From Blastocystis sp. Blastoise (Eukaryota; Protista; Bigyra: Opalinata), in contig JBBPEB010000026.1 in assembly GCA_039096225.1 (NCBI GenBank), forward strand, positions 124,001 through 188,000: DNA of 64,000 nucleotides, written 5' to 3'. Shown here one piece after another: positions 54,001 to 64,000 of the stretch; position 1 is the first letter of the stretch; every line of letters starts with the position of its first letter. The position numbers and the translations under genes were made by a program. The notes beneath the pieces were generated by a model. It searched no databases. It saw nothing but the letters and a program-made list of their open reading frames with translations, and was not told where the DNA came from.

Positions 54001-56554
54001 TTAATTTCTATAGTTGTATATATCAATAAAATATTAATTATATATATATATAGAGATAAAAATATTATAAATAACTAATATATATATATATATACATCAT
54101 GATCATCATCAAGTTCATTTTGTTTCTTTGATTGTACTTTATTTAATAGTCCTTGTATTTTCTTCATATAATCATCTTTCTCTTTCTCTTTTATAGACTT
54201 CCCACGGCGGGCATGATCCTCATAATTCTTACCACCAAAATTTAAATCTTCTATTAAATGTGTTCCATTAATATTCCCGTGGGAAGATAAGGATCGATAT
54301 TCCCAAGAATTTTGTTTATAAAGAATATTTGTATAATATATATAAGTTAATAATTCTAATAATTTATATATATATAATTTATCTTTTTCTTGTTCTCTAC
54401 TACGGAAATATACATCATTATTTGTTTGTGTAGAAGGAGAAAGAGTAGGAAGAGTACTTGAAGTAATAGTCTATATATATATGTTATTATTATTATAGAT
54501 ATTATGATTATGATTATTATAAATATTATTATTATTATTATATACCTGTTCAATCTTTTTAGTTGCTTTTTCAAAGTGTTCTATATATAAATCAATATAT
54601 TTTTCCATTCGTGCCAAATAAATAGCGGTATATTGATTATATATATTCACATTATTCATAATTGTGTCACTATGTACCAAAATATTCATATCTTGCTCAT
54701 TTTCCACGGGACTACGAAGTAAAGAATTCATATGTTTATATATATAAGGACCCATTTGGTGATTCTTAGAAGAATAAAACTATATAATAATATTTAATAG
54801 TATTATAAATATATATATATATATTTACATTTCTATATTCATTTAAAGTGAAGAGTAAGAAACTGATAAATAGTTGTTCACCTTCATTTCGACCAATTAC
54901 AGGAATAACCGCGGGAGTAGAGGCATTATTAGTTGTAGAAGATGTATTCAACTATATATATAATAATAATAATAATATTTATATATACTTCCATTCGTTG
55001 AATAATATAAATAATAGTATCTAGAATAACAGTATCATTATGAATATTATTTTTCATGTTAAATGTCATTTTACAGAGACAAAGAGTCAAATAATCATGG
55101 AGAGAACCTATAATAAGTATAGTAAATATAATAAGTATAATAAGTATAATAAGTATAATAAGTATAATATATATATATATACCACAAGGATGAAGAATAG
55201 ATGTTTTTAAGGAAACAACGAATTTACTATATATATAGAATAAAATAAAATACTATATATATACTCTTCAGGAACAGTAAATTCCGTATTATAATTATCT
55301 TTTGCAGTAATATAAGAAGTAATATATATATATATATCCGATAGAGAAGTGAAAATAGAAGCATTGAAAATATCTATATACAGAATATATATATATATGT
55401 ATATTATATATACCATTCTTCTTAAATATATAGCATATATATTGAGTAAGAGATTTAATATTATTTGCTATTATAGGTGACATTTTCATTTTTGAAAGAT
55501 TCTATATATATATATATGTTTATCATATATATATATATACTTCTTTGAGGTTCTTGCAGAGATGGTTGAGAAGTTGTATATAGATCATTAATGAAGGAAT
55601 AGAATATATATGATTATTCAAATAGCTATAGTAATTCTATAATATATATATATAAAGATATAATATCATATATATATACTAGAAGAACTTAATCAAATTT
55701 GTCTAATTCTATATATCTATATATATAATACCCATGAATGACAATACATTTCTCCAGGAGCATGCTCATAACGTCATCGGCATTCTTAATAGCCATAATA
55801 TCCAGTATATAATCACGAATATCTTCATTTATTTGAGGGTCTTTGAAGTATTTAATTAATAATCCTTGAGACTCTTCGGTATCTACAGAAAATAAGAAGG
55901 ATATATATATATATATATAGTATAATAATTATAAAAGTGTATCACATAATAGGATGTATATATTTATATAATACAAACAGAAAAATTATTTATATTTAAT
56001 AAATAAAGAATTAATACAAATTATAAACAAAATAAATATATATATATATATATATATACTTAAAGCGAATAAACAGTCAATAGCTTCCTTCTTCTTCTCT
56101 AAATCATTTCGATTGTTTATAATAATATTATTATAATCATATAAAGTACGATGATTTTCAGACTCATTCCCGCGGGAATTAGACTCCGAAGAAGTAGACG
56201 TAATATGAGATAATGTAAATATATAGATATAGAAACAGGGAATTGAACTTAATTGCCTATATATATGGTAATATTAATATAAATATATATATACTTAAAG
56301 TTCTCTTCTGCATGATCACCAGTAAAAAGTGCTATAAATATAAATAGTTATAATATTAATGATTATTATATATACAGGCAATTAAATTAAGATGTTTCAA
56401 ACGTAATGAACACGGGGAAATAAGTAATTGTTTCCAAATATAAAAGAATAACCACGGGAATTTGATAGTACATGATGTTCTATCATTCGAAGAAAGGGCA
56501 AAATTAATAATAGTATCATATCTATATATATATAAAGATAATGAAATAGAGAGA

Positions 56555-56618
<64 letters not shown>

Positions 56619-57332
56619 TCTTGAATAGAAAGAGGAATAGAGATAGACCGATTTAGAATTGTATATATATAACGAGAACCAATAGATTGACATTCTAAAG
56701 AAAGATATATATATATATATAATAGAATATATATATATATGACAATAATAATAATATATATATATATATATAATATATACTAGAATTATCTTCTAAGGTA
56801 CATAATCTTTGTAAATGAGTCCATAAGGCGCATCGAACGGCGGGAGATTCGTTGTTAAAAAGCGCGGCAATAGAAAGAAGTGGCGACTGTGATATATACA
56901 TAGAACAGAAGTATAGTAATGAAGGAAGAATATATATATATATAATAAATATAATAATTATAATAATATAATAATAAAAATACTTAATAAAATATAAATA
57001 TAATATATATATATGGATATATCAGGTTGATCTAAGAGAGAGGTGAGATAGGAGATTATATCGACAAGAGCAGAGGGAGTCGGACTATTAGCAGTCAAAT
57101 AGGCATATAAATCCGTTATACACTCAGGTCTATATAGAGAATAGGAGGAAATAGCATGTGATAGAATAAAATAATAATACTATATATATACTTGATAAAA
57201 TTATCTTTAGTATAAATAAGAACATAAAGAGCAAGTATATTAGTTCGCAATAAAGATAATTCCTTAGTAGAAAGCGAAGGATATTTACGGTTATATTCAG
57301 TTTTCTCATCAATATATAAAGATGTAAGATAT
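50144..57332 (-). pseudogene. BEACH-domain protein (PH-BEACH-WD40, neurobeachin/LYST-like), apparently 5'-truncated, with an in-frame TAG
   Basis: FRRKYLYQDIAIEFY (PH); AGRSFNNLAQYPVFPW; YRDLSKPIGALN; YGTHYSS; DVKELTPEWYY; VILPP*A; WIDLIFGYKQKG; FGQCPSQLF; then WD40-like exons. TAG at 52017-52019. Confidence 0.8.
56911..57020 (-). other. U12-type AT-AC intron
   Basis: Minus strand 5' ATATCCAT; branch TTCCTTCAT; 3' AC 9 nt after the branch A. Phase-0 join LLDQPD|FCSMYISQ; no usable GT-AG pair. Confidence 0.8.
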
Positions 57333-57413
57333 CTATATATTTATAATAATAATAATACTATTAATAATAATAATAATAGTGATAATAATAATAATAATAA
57401 TAATAATATATAC

Positions 57414-57882
57414 TCTCTCTTCGTAGCTTCAGTATTATAGAAATCATAATAAGTGATCATATAGATAATATCATTTATAAATATAATAATACAAGCAATA
57501 AGAATAGTACTATCTGTAAAAGTAACTCCAGTAATAACATCTTTATGAATATGACCATATAAACCAAAGGCTTCAAACCATCTCTCGGAATTTGTTGGAG
57601 TTACCTATAGAAGTATAATCAGTTTAATCACAATTATTATTACAAACACAATAACAAGCATAATAATATATCTAATAATAATCATAATAATAATAGTAAT
57701 AAACAGTATAATCAGTATAATAATAATACTTATTATTATTATAAACACAATAATAATAACACAATAATAATTATAATAAGCATAATAATATTCTATATAC
57801 ATACATCCATAGTAATACCAAATACTAATCTTACTACTAAGAAGATTGCATTATATACTAAACAAATACCCTATTTATTGGT

Positions 57883-57915
<33 letters not shown>

Positions 57916-58760
57916 TATGATTATTTCAGTTCCCAGAAGAATATCAACTGACCATAAAAAACTTATAATAAACCAATAGCTATTATTATATTTAAATAAT
58001 AACAAATAGATAAGTAAACTTCAGCAACTGATTTTCTATTTTTTTTCTTGAATATCTTTTAGAATCGGAAGTAATGGCATTTTTCAATTATTTTCTTAAC
58101 ATTTTCTACATTGAATAGTGGATTTTTTTGGAGTTCGAGGAGAAACAACAAAAAGATTTGTATAATGTAAAGAATTTCTACGATTATTTTCATTATCAAT
58201 AGATTTATTAGTATCATTATTATTAATAATAGTCTGATTAATATTCATTTTTGATCGTGAGTCTATAATATCTTCTCTTGGTATTGTTTTTTAATAAGAA
58301 GGAAAAGAAGGAGAAGTAGTAGTATCAAGAAGAGAAGAGGATTTAAAATATTACTATTTGTGGTAATAGAAGAATTTAAGAGTGAAATAGAAATAGTAGG
58401 AGAAGATTTAATGTTGGAAGTAGTAGTAATAGTAGAAGTAGAAGTAGATACAGTAGGAATAGAAGCCTTTGTGGAATATAAGTAATAAGTATAAGACATA
58501 CAAGTAAACTATATAAATATATATATGAATATTTGATAAATTTTTTAAAATGGACAATAATAAGTATTATATATATATATATATACCTTATTACAAATAC
58601 CCATAAAAGTAACAATTAAGAATTAATGAATGTAACAAACTTTAAGAAATCAGTGTCATTACTACCTCTTCAAATATAACTTGAAAAACAACTGTTGATA
58701 AGATTTCATAGCTAGTTGAAGATATAAGATTATTTAAAAATAAAAGAAGAACAAATCAAC
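57414..58760 (-). pseudogene. Fragments of a membrane-protein gene, partly decayed
   Basis: Two intact hydrophobic exons (GICLVYNAIFLVVRLVFGITMD|VTPTNSERWFEAFGLYG...ILIACIIIFINDIIY) are preceded by exon-like blocks with stops and frameshifts (57917-58500). Confidence 0.45.
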
Positions 58761-58831
58761 TCTATATATATAAGTTACAAATTTGCATTGAAATATATAA
58801 TAATATATAATAATAATAATACTATATATAC

Positions 58832-62774
<3,943 letters not shown>

Positions 62775-64000
62775 TTGAATCAAAAATGATTGTAGAAATG
62801 TGAAAGAGAAAATGAAGCTGAAAACTATAAAACATAAAATAGAGAACTAATTCGCAACTAGAATAATTTATAAAGCATACAGAAGCGTCTGGATAAGTAA
62901 CAATGAAAAACATTGACCAATCATGTTGTCAACCCTAAAAGAATAGAACTAATTTTAATAGAATCATCGACTTTCATCATCTAGAACTTGAGATACGTAT
63001 TTCATTAAAACCAAGAAAGCCAATACACTTCACCGATTAGAAGATACAATTCAATTTTTAAACAAAGCAACTTTTAAGAATTTTTTTGGCAGGATACACT
63101 TCAGCAGTTACGTTTTAAAAGCAAAAACTCAATGAAATAAGAATACTGTAAGAAAAAATGTTTGTGCGATACAAAAATTTTATTTTTAGTATTTTTTTTG
63201 TATTCAAGTTAAAACTTGCTTTAGTTGTTATTTTCCCCATGTAAAAGAGTTTCTGCTATTAGAGAACTTATTCTTTGAAGAGAAATTGAAGACCAATGTA
63301 ATTGTGTAATTAATTATTTTGCATATACAACTATTATTTCTATTTTAGAGTCATACTCAACGTTTCTAAATGAAATTCATGTAACTTTACTTCATCGTCA
63401 GATTAAAGATAAACCGGAATTGACCAAGAGTAGTAATACGGTATTTATAGCACTAATATACTAATTGAGTATAAAATTCTGTAATCTTGAAATGATATAA
63501 CTAACTTCTCCTCTCATTCAAAAGAATTACTAAACCTTAATAACTCTATTTCAGTGTTATTGTCCTTTTCTAGGATTATAAGACGTGTTTTCTATCATGA
63601 AATGATAATAGCGTAACTTATATTATTCGAAGAAGCATAATTAGACTTAATTCGCTTTTATTTTTATGTAGCAAACAATACTGTTTTCATTATATGCTTT
63701 TTTATAAATAATATATCATCATGAATTGAATATATATTTTTATTTTATTTTTCAGAGTTTATTTATATTGTAATATTGATATCGAAATTTTTTTAACATA
63801 AAAAAATGCTTTCATTTTTTAAAAATTATAAATTATTTTTTTCATTTTTTCTTTTGACTTTTAGTTAAATATATTTTGACTTATTTGAACTTTTTCTTAT
63901 TTAAATAACTTAGACATATCATGCATGACTCATTTACATGATAATTATTATTTTATAACACAATAAAGAGTTTTATGATTCTGACTCAAATATTGTTGTG

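Overview
Very AT-rich, intron-dense eukaryotic (protist-like) DNA full of (AT)n and (AAT)n microsatellites. Most short ORFs in the track are microsatellite artefacts, so real genes had to be rebuilt by splicing. The left half holds: a >12 kb minus-strand gene (tandem ubiquitin-like domains, a 6.8 kb Asn/Ser-rich exon, then leucine-rich repeats), a MANF/ARMET homologue, a WDR7/rabconnectin-3beta-like gene, an acylphosphatase, a hypothetical gene, a CLPTM1-like gene and tRNA-Ser(AGA). The right half holds: a palindromic 24-bp repeat array next to a CACTAG, a spliced stop-riddled mini-exon unit, a patchwork of decayed or truncated gene pieces (including an internal ABCC transporter fragment), an intact intron-containing CACTA/EnSpm-type transposase head-to-head with an unknown gene, a 5'-truncated BEACH gene with TAG at an invariant Trp, and a secreted-protein gene. 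Three signals stand out. (1) Five minor-spliceosome (U12-type) introns in three genes, all starting ATATCC, four ending AC and one ending AT, a seemingly very high density. (2) Strong frame-independent enrichment of CCGCGG/CCACGG in host exons but not in the transposon genes. (3) Major introns with self-complementary GTATAT...ATATAG ends. A stramenopile such as an AT-rich Blastocystis relative is a guess only. All gene models, counts and family calls are manual, with no database search.
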